Of a stretch of 64,000 nt of DNA, positions 19,131 through 28,740 are shown piece after piece. The stretch comes from an uncultured Gemmatimonadota bacterium (GTDB taxonomy: Bacteria; GCA-2686955). Position numbers and translations under genes: made by a program. The stretch covers positions 186,001-250,000 of the forward strand of contig CAZBBK010000001.1 in the NCBI GenBank assembly GCA_964490075.1, written 5' to 3'. Numbering within the stretch: position 1 is the stretch's first letter; every line of letters begins with the position of its first letter. The notes beneath the pieces were generated by a model. That model was given only the letters and a program-made list of their open reading frames with translations, made no database searches and was not told where the DNA came from.

Positions 19131-20878
19131 GCCACGCCGCAGCGTGCCCCGTCCCATCCGGATCGAGCGGACGATCGATCGTGATCGTCGCGCCGCGCTT
19201 CACTTCCCTGCGTCGCTTCGGCGTCGACTCCCTGGAAGTCCCGCTGCGCCTGATGACCCGGCAGGGCGCACCGGCTTCGCTGGTCCATCTCGACGCGATC
19301 ATCCATTCATCGACCCTGAGAGCGGCGCCGCGCGGCGGTGGTCTGAACCGGGTGAATCCGATGGCCGGTTACTACCTGGAGAGCTTCTTCAAGCAGCGCG
19401 GCTACCGGGCAATCGCGCTCTTCGACATGAATGACGCCGCGGCGCTCAGGCGGGCCATGCGGACCGATCCGCTGGCCCTGCTCTTCTCGACGACCTTCGT
19501 CACCGAGCCCGCGGTGCTGGTCGCCTGTCTGCGCAAGCTGCGCGCTGCCGCCGGCCCCACGCCGATCCTGGTCGGCGGCCAGTACATCGACATGCAGGCC
19601 TGGTTCCTGCGAACCGACCGCAGCAATCGTTGGAAACGAGACCTGGCCGAGCTCGGCGTCGCATCGAGCGAATATCTTCTCTTCCATGAGCGCAGCGATC
19701 CACTGCTGCGAAAGTGCATCTTCATCGCCTCGGCCCAGGGCGAGCACACGGCCGCAAGGGTCCTCCAAAGGCTGGAGAAAGGCCGCGGAGCCAGTGAAGA
19801 TCTCGCCGATATTCCCAACCTGGTGCTCCGCGATTCGGAGCGCGGCTGGCATCATTCAAGTGTTTGGCGCGAGCCCGTGGATCTGGACCAGGATTACACG
19901 CGGTGGGATTTGATCGACGAGATGCCCTCCGCGGTTCCGATTCGCAGCGTGCTCGGGTGCGCCGAGAGGTGTAAATTCTGTGGCTTTCGAATCCTCCATC
20001 CTCGGGTGGTGGGACGCGGCGCCGCGTCGATCATCGACGAAGTGAAGCTGGCCATGGCGCGCGGCGTGGCCTTCTTCAACTTCGTCGACGACAATGTTTT
20101 CGTGACTCCCGAGCGCGCCCGCTGCCTCTGTGAGAGCCTCGTCCGGGCGGAGCTCGACATGGTCTGGGGCGCCTTCTTCAACGCCGACCGGGTCAGCGAA
20201 GTGAACGCCGAGCAAATCGTCGAGTCGGGGTTCCGCTACGGTCTGACCGGCCTGGAGAGCGGAGATCCGAGGCAGCTGGAGCGACTCGGCAAGAGGGGCG
20301 ATCCCGGCGCGCGAGTGCGCGGAGTGGAGCTACTCACCAGCCTTGGGGCAATCATCGACTGCACCTTCTTGGTCGGATTCCCCGGCGAGAGCGAGGCGAC
20401 GCTCGATGCCACCGCCGCGTTGATCAACTCCCTGCCCACCGGCGGCGCGGGCCATGCCTGCTTCGAGCTCTTCCCATTCACGCTGCTGTCCGGCACGGAG
20501 GCGGACACCCCGAGATTTCGGCGCGAGCACGATCTCAGAGGGGGCGGCTCGGACTGGTCTCACGCCACGATGGGCAGCTCCGAAGTGGTCGATCGCTACG
20601 CGCCGCACACCTTCCGACAGGTCGACCACATCCCCTACTATCATGGAGATATCGACGCGCCTTCCTGGTGGGACCCGAAGCGGAGAGACGAGGCCTTCGC
20701 CCGGCGGACCGCGATCACCCACGCCTTCATGGACAGCCGGGACGACGCCTGGATACAGAGACTCTTCGACGACCTTCATCGGCTCATCGCCGATCCCGGG
20801 CGGCGCGGCGACCCACCGCGTTGGACCGAGATTCTGGCCGATCGGGAGGGGCAATCGACCGGGATGATCCGACCTTGA
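19127..20878 (+). CDS. B12-binding (class B) radical SAM protein, PhpK-like features
   Basis: Start ATG 19127 (ATGA overlap). Cobalamin-type N-domain (LLFSTTF...ILVGG, QGE, IPNL), CAERCKFC, FVDDN, GLESG, LVGFPGE, WSHATM. Confidence 0.85.
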   Translation: MSHAAACPVPSGSSGRSIVIVAPRFTSLRRFGVDSLEVPLRLMTRQGAPASLVHLDAIIHSSTLRAAPRGGGLNRVNPMAGYYLESFFKQRGYRAIALFDMNDAAALRRAMRTDPLALLFSTTFVTEPAVLVACLRKLRAAAGPTPILVGGQYIDMQAWFLRTDRSNRWKRDLAELGVASSEYLLFHERSDPLLRKCIFIASAQGEHTAARVLQRLEKGRGASEDLADIPNLVLRDSERGWHHSSVWREPVDLDQDYTRWDLIDEMPSAVPIRSVLGCAERCKFCGFRILHPRVVGRGAASIIDEVKLAMARGVAFFNFVDDNVFVTPERARCLCESLVRAELDMVWGAFFNADRVSEVNAEQIVESGFRYGLTGLESGDPRQLERLGKRGDPGARVRGVELLTSLGAIIDCTFLVGFPGESEATLDATAALINSLPTGGAGHACFELFPFTLLSGTEADTPRFRREHDLRGGGSDWSHATMGSSEVVDRYAPHTFRQVDHIPYYHGDIDAPSWWDPKRRDEAFARRTAITHAFMDSRDDAWIQRLFDDLHRLIADPGRRGDPPRWTEILADREGQSTGMIRP

Positions 20879-23800
20879 GCACGCCCGCAGCGGAACCGCC
20901 ACCGAGCTCTTCCTGGCGCTCGATGCCTTCGCGAATCCCCTCGATCGACGCGCGCTTCGCCACCGCGCTGCTGGTGCTCGTGATCATCGCAGCCTTCGTC
21001 GCGGCCGAGCTGGCGCTCTCCACCGAGATGATCGCCTCGACCCTCTTCCTCGACGGACGGGACGGGGCGGGCTACCTGGAACGAGCCAGCGGACCCTGGC
21101 TGCAGACCGACGGCTACCACGGGCCGGCCTACTCGTGGGCGATTCGCGTCGTCTCCGGTCTCGGGATGGACCCGTGCCGCGCGGCGCGCTGGGCGAGTGG
21201 GGGCTTCGCGGGGCTGTTCCTGGCCGCGTCGTGGCGGCTCCTCGCGGGTCTGGGCCGGCGCCGCGAGGCGCTGCTGGCGTGTGCGCTCCTGGCCACCCAT
21301 CCGCTGGTGATCCGCGCCGGGCTGGGCACCCGCTCGGACATGATGGGGGCCGCCCTTTTCGTGACAGCGCTGGCGATCTACCTGGAGCATCGCATGCCGC
21401 ATCGCCGGCGCGCGCTGCTCGCGGGGGCGGTGCTCGGCCTCGCCTACATGACCCGCTTCGTCTATGTCCTGGGGCTCGCGATCCCGGTCGTGGATCTGTG
21501 CATCGCCGCGCGCGACCGGAGCGCGCTGCGGCGGGCGCTCGCGAAGACCTTGTCCTTCGGCGCCGGATTCCTGGGGGCGGCCGCGCCCTGGCTCTGGCAC
21601 GTTGCGACGCAGCCCGGCGTCCGCTTACTGGGCTTCAACCACATCAACGTGGCCTTCAAGCTCTTCCACGATGCGAACGACTGGGGCAGCTTCCCGAACC
21701 GGCACGACTACGGTGGGATCGTCGATGTGTTGCGCCGCGATCCCGCGCACTTCTTCGAATCGTGGGGGCGCTCGCTGCTCCGCCTGCCGTACGACATGGC
21801 GCAGCTCTTCCCCGATCTGGAGCTGCTCTGCGCCGCGGGCGCCCTGGTCTGGTTGTTCAAGGGGGAGCGCCGACACCTGGCCTTGGTGGTGCCTTGTGCC
21901 TGCTACGCCGCGGCGATCTCCATGGTGCACTACAGCGGACACCACCTGGTGACCCTGGCACCGCTGGCCGCGGGGTTGGTCGCCGCGGGATTGGCGTGGC
22001 TGCCGAATCGCCTCAGGCGTTCCGGGCGGCGCACAACGCTGCCGATCTGGCCGCTGGCGGCGGGCGCCGTGGTCTGGATCTGCGCGGCGCGGGGAGTCGA
22101 GCGGTATCGTGGGTACGAGGATCGCTGGGCGAGCCTCGCGGCGGCGGCGGACGCGCTGCGGGAGCATGCGCCCAAGGAGGCTCGGGTCTGGGGGCTGGAT
22201 CCGGCGGTCGCGGAGCTATCGGGAACCCGGCCGGTCGACATGTGGCGGAGCCTGACGGAGAACCGCGGCGTCGAGCTCGGGGAGCTGCTGCGCCGGGAAG
22301 ACGTCGACTACGTGGTGCTCGACGCCAACACCGCCGCCGCCTTCCCCCGCACCGCACCGCTCTACCGCGATCCCGAGAGCGCGCGCGGCACCTCGCTGTT
22401 CGAACCGATCCACGTCTCGGGAGACGCGCCGACCTGCGGCATCGTGGTGTTCTCGGTGACCGGCGGCGTCGACGCACCGGCGGCCCCCAACATCGTCATC
22501 CTCGACATCGATATCTTGCGCGCCGACGCGCTGCCCTGCTTCGGCAATTCTCGCGACACCGCTCCGAATCTATGTCGCTTCGGCGCGGGCGCGGTGCTCT
22601 TCGAGCGCAACTTCTCCCCCTCGTTCTGGACCCTGCCGGCGCTGGTCTCCACCTTGACCGCTCAGTACCCCTCGCGCCACGGCCTCTTCGTCACACCGAT
22701 GGGCGCGCGGCTGCGGGGACTGAAGGCCGGTCGCCTGGCGGAAAACACCTGGACGCTGCCGAGCATCCTCGCCGCCAACGGCTACTCGACCCACTACGTG
22801 GGACAGGACAACACGCGCCTGCTCAACGAGGAAAACGGGATGCTGGGCGAGTTCGAGCAGAGCACGGAATCGAGCGGCATCGAGTCGTGGCTGGCGGCTC
22901 TGCGCCGGGCCGAGGAACACGGCTCCCCCTTCTTCGTCCATTTCTACTCACGCGGGGTGCGCCTTCCCTACTCCGACGACAACCACGGGCGCCCCCTCTC
23001 CGACGACCTGCGCCGCTGGTCCGATGCCCAGCTCGTGCCACCCCCCGGCTTCCCCGCCACGCCCCGGGCGCTGGAGCTGGCCAGCGCGCGGCCCGTGGCC
23101 GCCCGACCCGAGCACTACTTTCCGCCCTGGGCGATGGAGCGACGCCCCGAGCTCTTCACCAGCGACCAGGGCGGCGACCCACAGGAGATCTTCGCCTACC
23201 TGTGCTCGATCCGCGAGGAGCTGGAACCGCCCTACCGCCACCGCGCCCAGGATGCCCTCTGGTCTCCTTGGCGCGATGCCGTGACCGGGGGCGGCGAGGC
23301 GGCGCGAGCCTACGCCCGCCTGCAGTACGACACCAAGGTGCGTCATCTCGATCGACTCCTGGGGCCGCTACTCGACCATCTGTCGGGGCCGCGGGCCGAC
23401 GATACCATCGTCGTCGTCAGCTCGACCCACGGCGAGTTCATCGGCGAGCACGACTTGGTCGGCCATGGGCGCAACCTCTTTCAAGAGGTGCTTCATACAC
23501 CCTTGATGGTGCGCATTTCCGGGTTCAAGCCTACGCGCATCGCCGAGATCACGCAGCACGTCGACATCCTTCCCACGCTGCTCGATGCGCTGGGAATCCG
23601 CATTCCCGAGCGCGCCCAGGGGCTCTCATTGCTGCCCTGGATGCGCCGCGGACAGGGCGACCGGGAGCGCTTCGCGATCAGCGAGATGGAGCTACACTCG
23701 GCCTGCATCCAAAGCCGTAACTGGAAGCTGATCGCGCGGAGGGCAGAGCCGCGCTCGATCCCGCGACAGCTTTTCCACCTGGCAAAAGATCCACGAGAAG

Positions 23801-23964
23801 AGCACGATCTACTCGGCCGTGAGCGCGCTCTCGGCGATCAGCTCGGTCGAATTCTGGATGCGACGCTCGGCGATCCAGCCCGCTGGGCGCTGGAGCCCGG
23901 CGAAGGCCGCGCTCTGCTCGACGACGCCGCGCGCGAGCAGGTGCAGCGGCGCGGCTACTTCTGA
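20875..23964 (+). CDS. Fusion of a GT-C/PMT-like multi-TM glycosyltransferase domain and a sulfatase-like domain
   Basis: TTG 20875 (TTGA overlap) or ATG ~20923. Multi-TM N-half (DG.GY, HGPAY, RSD, GLAYMTR); C-half PNIVILDIDILRAD, WTLPAL, STHGE, VDILPT, LFHLAKDPRE. Confidence 0.8.
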   Translation: MSTPAAEPPPSSSWRSMPSRIPSIDARFATALLVLVIIAAFVAAELALSTEMIASTLFLDGRDGAGYLERASGPWLQTDGYHGPAYSWAIRVVSGLGMDPCRAARWASGGFAGLFLAASWRLLAGLGRRREALLACALLATHPLVIRAGLGTRSDMMGAALFVTALAIYLEHRMPHRRRALLAGAVLGLAYMTRFVYVLGLAIPVVDLCIAARDRSALRRALAKTLSFGAGFLGAAAPWLWHVATQPGVRLLGFNHINVAFKLFHDANDWGSFPNRHDYGGIVDVLRRDPAHFFESWGRSLLRLPYDMAQLFPDLELLCAAGALVWLFKGERRHLALVVPCACYAAAISMVHYSGHHLVTLAPLAAGLVAAGLAWLPNRLRRSGRRTTLPIWPLAAGAVVWICAARGVERYRGYEDRWASLAAAADALREHAPKEARVWGLDPAVAELSGTRPVDMWRSLTENRGVELGELLRREDVDYVVLDANTAAAFPRTAPLYRDPESARGTSLFEPIHVSGDAPTCGIVVFSVTGGVDAPAAPNIVILDIDILRADALPCFGNSRDTAPNLCRFGAGAVLFERNFSPSFWTLPALVSTLTAQYPSRHGLFVTPMGARLRGLKAGRLAENTWTLPSILAANGYSTHYVGQDNTRLLNEENGMLGEFEQSTESSGIESWLAALRRAEEHGSPFFVHFYSRGVRLPYSDDNHGRPLSDDLRRWSDAQLVPPPGFPATPRALELASARPVAARPEHYFPPWAMERRPELFTSDQGGDPQEIFAYLCSIREELEPPYRHRAQDALWSPWRDAVTGGGEAARAYARLQYDTKVRHLDRLLGPLLDHLSGPRADDTIVVVSSTHGEFIGEHDLVGHGRNLFQEVLHTPLMVRISGFKPTRIAEITQHVDILPTLLDALGIRIPERAQGLSLLPWMRRGQGDRERFAISEMELHSACIQSRNWKLIARRAEPRSIPRQLFHLAKDPREEHDLLGRERALGDQLGRILDATLGDPARWALEPGEGRALLDDAAREQVQRRGYF

Positions 23965-26123
23965 TCGTGGAATCGAGCCTCAGGAGTATTCGGCATCTCC
24001 TGCGATCGGTAGCGGTTGAGCTCGAACATCGAAATCTCTATCTCGATCCTCTCGAGCGAGCGTCCGGCATCCCATCTCTCCGGTCTTCGCACCAGCTCCA
24101 CACCGATAGCACTGATCTCCGTCGCGAGGGTCCATTCCGGTACGCCAGCCAGACCGAATACATAGCGATGCGGCTCTCCGTCGGCGAATAAGGGGGTCGC
24201 GACGGATCGGCGCCAACGAAACGAGGGGTCGGCCGGCGATTGCCAGTAGACCCGTAGCTTGGGCAAGGCATTTCGGGTGGCGAGCGAGCCGAAGCGATCG
24301 GGGGAGAGGGGTGCCGCTTCCTCGGGCTCCATCCGCGCGGACATGACCAGGTTCAAAACATCGAAATCCGCCCCTCGCATCGGCCCCAGGCCGACGAGCA
24401 TCAGCGCCGGCGTCACCGCGCTCTGTTGGCGCGATTCCGGAGCCAGCCGATCCGATGTGTGACGCAGCCCACCGCGGTCGGTCCGGACCAAATCGCCGCG
24501 CGATGCCATCCAGCTCACGCCGGTATCGGCGCCGAGAAGAGCTCGCGGCGGGCGATCGATGGGGCGCTCGCCCTCGAGATGCCAGCCCTTCATCACGGCG
24601 TCCGTGATCGAGCTGATGCGCAGGTCGTGATCGTGGGCGATTTGGAGCACGGTAAAGGGGAGAGCCTCGCGCAGCGCATCGGCCCCGAATCCATCCTCCA
24701 CGATGCGTGGCAAGCATCTGGAACCGATTGCCAGAGGATCGGCGGCCATCTCTGCGCATGGAAGCGCCGCGTCGAGCGATCCATGCAAGACATAGCGATA
24801 ATCGAGCGGATAGCGGCGCTGCAAATAGCGAGAGAAGAGGAAGCTCGGGACCCGACTCGACGGATGCCGGTCCACGACGAAAACAGTATTTTCCTCGGGG
24901 ATCGCCGGCAGCGCGCCCAGAACTGCTCGCTCCGGTTCCTCTCCGGGGTGCCCCCTCCCCCTTGCCCTGCGCGCACTCGACTCGGCATCGAGGAGCGCCA
25001 GGTAGGCGCAGCCAAGGGTCGCAACGCACAACCAGGCCGCCCGAGCTCCTCGACCGCGAACCCAGGGTGTCACCGCCACCGCGAGCCCCGGCAGGAGGAT
25101 CGCCGCGGTCAAATGACAGAAGCGAAAGGGAGGGGTCGGCTCCGGACCGAGCATTACCCAAGCGTAGCCGGCGGGGAGGCCGGCGACGAACATGCCGATC
25201 ACTGTCGCCGCGAACACGACTCCCGCCGCGCGATACTCCTCGCCGCGCCGGCTCGCCATCCAGGCGGCGACGCCCGCGAGGGCGAGGAGCAAGAAGATCG
25301 TCGGATCCCGATCGAGCCCTGGACGGGCCAGCAGACAGAGCGGCAGATCGTAGAAGGCGAAGCGCAGCGTGCTCATCGCCACGACGGCCGAGCCCGGCGC
25401 TCGGACCAGCGGGGGGTTGATGAGGGAGTAGACGAGAAGGACCGCGGCCAGGAGCGGTACAAGGGTCTTCATGGGCCGCCGCGGCGCGGCGGGAGTCACG
25501 ATGCAGAGGAGCAGCGCCACGATCGGAAACGAAACCGCCGTTTCCTTGCAGAACAACCCGCATGCCCACAATGCGCCACCCACGCCCAGCCAAGCGTGGC
25601 TCTTCCCGCGCCGCCACCCCAATACGGACGCCAGAGCGAGCAGGAAGAACATCGTCGTCAGCACGTGCTCGCGGGCCGATATCCACGCCACGGATTTGTC
25701 CATCACCGGCAGCACCACGAAGAGCTGCGCCGCGCAGAATCCGAGCGTGGGGCTGGAGCCCAGTCTGGTCGCCACGCGATAGAGCGCGCAGGCCGCGACC
25801 AGGTGCGCCGCCAGATCGACCGCGGCGAAGGGAGCCGCGTTCAGGCCCCAGATCTCCCACTGCAACCCCCAGAGCAGCAGGGAGAGGGGACGGTACTTGG
25901 TGCCGGATGAAACTGCTTCGAAGAGCTCGGCGCCATTCCCGGCGCGTAGCAGATGCGCGATCCCTTCGGCGATGTCGACATTGTGCCAGTCGTCCCAGCC
26001 GTAGAATTGACCATCGAGCGCCGCACCCCAGGCCACCCATAGCAGAGAGGCGAACCATCCCGCGCCCATCGCCATGGTGACCGTTGAGCGCCCGAGCAAG
26101 CAATCCGACTCGAATCTGAGCAT
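23955..26123 (-). CDS. Multi-TM GT-C-like membrane protein
   Basis: WDDW, YRPL, SVAWISAR, GLFCKETA motifs, many TM segments and a soluble C-terminal domain; start uncertain. Confidence 0.65.
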   Translation of the reverse strand: MLRFESDCLLGRSTVTMAMGAGWFASLLWVAWGAALDGQFYGWDDWHNVDIAEGIAHLLRAGNGAELFEAVSSGTKYRPLSLLLWGLQWEIWGLNAAPFAAVDLAAHLVAACALYRVATRLGSSPTLGFCAAQLFVVLPVMDKSVAWISAREHVLTTMFFLLALASVLGWRRGKSHAWLGVGGALWACGLFCKETAVSFPIVALLLCIVTPAAPRRPMKTLVPLLAAVLLVYSLINPPLVRAPGSAVVAMSTLRFAFYDLPLCLLARPGLDRDPTIFLLLALAGVAAWMASRRGEEYRAAGVVFAATVIGMFVAGLPAGYAWVMLGPEPTPPFRFCHLTAAILLPGLAVAVTPWVRGRGARAAWLCVATLGCAYLALLDAESSARRARGRGHPGEEPERAVLGALPAIPEENTVFVVDRHPSSRVPSFLFSRYLQRRYPLDYRYVLHGSLDAALPCAEMAADPLAIGSRCLPRIVEDGFGADALREALPFTVLQIAHDHDLRISSITDAVMKGWHLEGERPIDRPPRALLGADTGVSWMASRGDLVRTDRGGLRHTSDRLAPESRQQSAVTPALMLVGLGPMRGADFDVLNLVMSARMEPEEAAPLSPDRFGSLATRNALPKLRVYWQSPADPSFRWRRSVATPLFADGEPHRYVFGLAGVPEWTLATEISAIGVELVRRPERWDAGRSLERIEIEISMFELNRYRSQEMPNTPEARFHDQK

Positions 26124-26271
26124 GGTTCGAACCTGGGGGGTTGGCGCCGCCTCTTTCCGATCGCACTCGCGTCGGCGGTGGGGAGATGGGGACGCCGGCT
26201 CTGTTCCGAGTATGCTACGGAACTCGGTTCCAATCTCTCGATTCCGCACGCTTCGCCAGAGAATTCCCAAG

Positions 26272-28740
26272 ATGGCTCCACCCTCTCCGCCGGGGCGATC
26301 CCGCCGCTGGTGGTCGATCGCCGCTCTTCCGGTACTGGTCTTGGCCGTGGCCTGGGGACTGCGATCCAGGTCGCCGCGCCCGCCTCTGGGAGACACACCG
26401 ATTCCGCGATCGGGCATGCGATCGCCGCAGCGCAATGAGCTCGACGCCGAGCTGCTCCCGGCGCGGCTCGAGGCGACGCCCGCGCAGGTCCGACCGAACG
26501 CCCCCCTGACGCTGACCCTGCGCCTCCGCCACCCACCCGAGGACTGGTCCACGCCGACCTTCTCGATCTCCCTGAACGGCGCACCGACCGAGCATCGGAT
26601 CACGCTCGATCGGCTGCAGGGTTCCATGGAAGGCGCTCTCGAGCTCGCCGCTCCCTCCCAGAAGGGAGACCATCTTTTCAGCGTCCACGGGCGTGAGGGC
26701 GAGCGACGCATCGCGACCCACGCGCTGGTCCATGTCAGCGCCGGTGATGCCTGCGCGCCGGGGGAAATGCGCGAAGCGGGCTCTTGCGTGCCGATCGCGG
26801 AGGGCCACCACATCCGCTTCGAGGGCGGCGTGAACGTGAACAACCGCGGTCCGGATCGTTACGCCGGCGGACAGATGACCCACCCGCGGGCCGCGGCGCG
26901 GATCGGCGATGTGATCGTTGCCTGCATGACCGACGCGATCGGCCTGATCCCGGCCGACGAGCTTCCGAAGATCGGCGAGCCGGAGACCGGCGCGGCCGAT
27001 CGGCTGCGCTCGCACCTGGTCGAGGTACTGCTGGAGAAGAGCGGCATCGTGGCCTGCGAGAATTTTCTGGTCCTTGCCGACCGGGGGATCGTCATCACCT
27101 CGTCGCGCGGCGCGGACCGGCAGACCGCGGGCGGGCTGGCGAGCTGGCGGCTGCCGCCCCTCGATCGCCGTCCCCTCGCCCCACCACGCCACATCTCCAC
27201 CCTCACCAGCTCGGGAGGGTTCGAGGGAGTGGCTCGCCACGGCGATTGGATCTACGCCGTGCGCAAGCCGAACGCGATCGCCGCGCTGCGGCTTTCGGAC
27301 CAGGGCCGGCTCGGCCTCGAGCACGAGGTGGAGGTGCCGGGGATGCGCGGCGGTTGGGCGATCGCCGCCCGAGCGAACCGGCTTTTCGTGACCGACGCGC
27401 AGGGCGGGACCGATTCGAAAGGCGCGGCGGGTCGGCTCCATGTGCTGGCCCTGACTCCTTCCGGCCGGCCGCGTCTGCTCGGCTCGGCGCCGACCTCGGG
27501 AACGCCCCGGGATGTCGAGCTGCTCGGCTCCGGCGTGGTCGCGGTCGCCAACGGAGCTCTCGGGATCGATCTCTTCGACGTGTCGGAAGCGGGTGCGCCG
27601 ATCCCGATCGCGCGGGTGGAGACCCCGGGATCGACCATGGAGCTCTCGTTCGACGCCGGCTATCTGCTGGTCGCCGACTGGGACAGCATCCGGCTCTACG
27701 ACGCCTCGGAGCACGGTCGCCTGAGGCTTCTCGATGCCGCCGACGCCTTTCACCCTTCGGTCCACATCACCGGCGGCGGACTGGTGAGAACCGGCCTCTT
27801 CGCCGCCAACTTCGTCGATCTGCGCGACGGGCATTTCCTGGCCACCGAGTTCAACGTCCTGCTCAGCGGCCGGATCCAGACCGGTGCGGGCGCGGCGCGG
27901 CTGATCGTTCACGATCGAGGGGTCGCCCTACAGGCAGGCGGCGCGGAAAACCGGCCGATCGCGCTCCGGGTATCGAACGGCGGCCGCCGTCAGCTCGATC
28001 TGAGTCAGCGCGGCCAGGGGCTGACGCGCGGTGGAGGCCCGTGGTCGGTGCCTCCTGGGGCGACGGCGAAGCTGGAGATCGAGCTGGAGCGCGAGCGGGC
28101 CGCCGCGAGGAGCCGCGAATCGGTCATCGTGCTGCACTCCAACGACCCGCTGAAACGGCGGGTCCGAATTCCCGTCACCCCTCCGGCGGGATACCGCCTG
28201 GGGGATCTGCTGCCCTCGTTCCGGCTGCCGATGATCAACCTCTGTCCGGACGGCTCCTGTCCGGAGCGCACCGGCTGCTTCGACCTGGCGGAAGAGATCG
28301 CCAAGGGCCGCCCGATCCTGCTGGCGGCCTTCGCGTCGTGGTGACCGATTTGCGGTCTGGAGGTTCCAGACCTGATGAGCGCCCTTCGCGATGAGTTCGG
28401 ACCCGACCAGGTGGGCGCCGTCGCGATCAACTGGAGGCAGCCGCGCGGGATCGTCGAGAAGTTCGTCACCGACACCGGATTGCGGACGCCGATCCTGCTC
28501 GATCTCGGCCCCGGCCTGGATCCCCAGTGCTTCGCTCTTCCCCCCGGCCCCGAGCCCACGGTAATCGAGCACTTCCGCAACCGGGTGGTCTCCGAGGGCT
28601 TCAATGTGCCCTTCCCCTTGCAGATCATCGTCGATGCCGAGGGTCGCCTGGCCTTCGCCAGCCGCCGCCACGACGCCGAAGAGGCGTTGGAGGTGCTGAG
28701 GAGGCTGATCCGGGGGGATGGAGACAGGGAGCGGGGATGA
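26272..28740 (+). CDS. Putative selenoprotein 2: membrane-anchored Ig / LVIVD beta-propeller / Ig / TlpA-redoxin (UxxC)
   Basis: Full-length paralog of 16695..19130. Track ORFs 26074..28344 and 28375..28740 are in frame across TGA 28342-28344, giving AFASW-U-PICGLEVPDL. Confidence 0.88.
28354..28372 (+). promoter_or_regulatory. Bacterial SECIS-like hairpin
   Basis: GGTCTGGA-GGT-TCCAGACC, identical in sequence and spacing to 18726-18744. Confidence 0.82.

Noticed and set aside
16404..19157. 917-aa minus-strand ORF and the first ~738 aa of ORF 16913..20878
   Set aside because: Shadow frames of the selenoprotein gene in high-GC DNA, with no motifs; the same applies to most long Arg/Pro/Gly-rich track ORFs.
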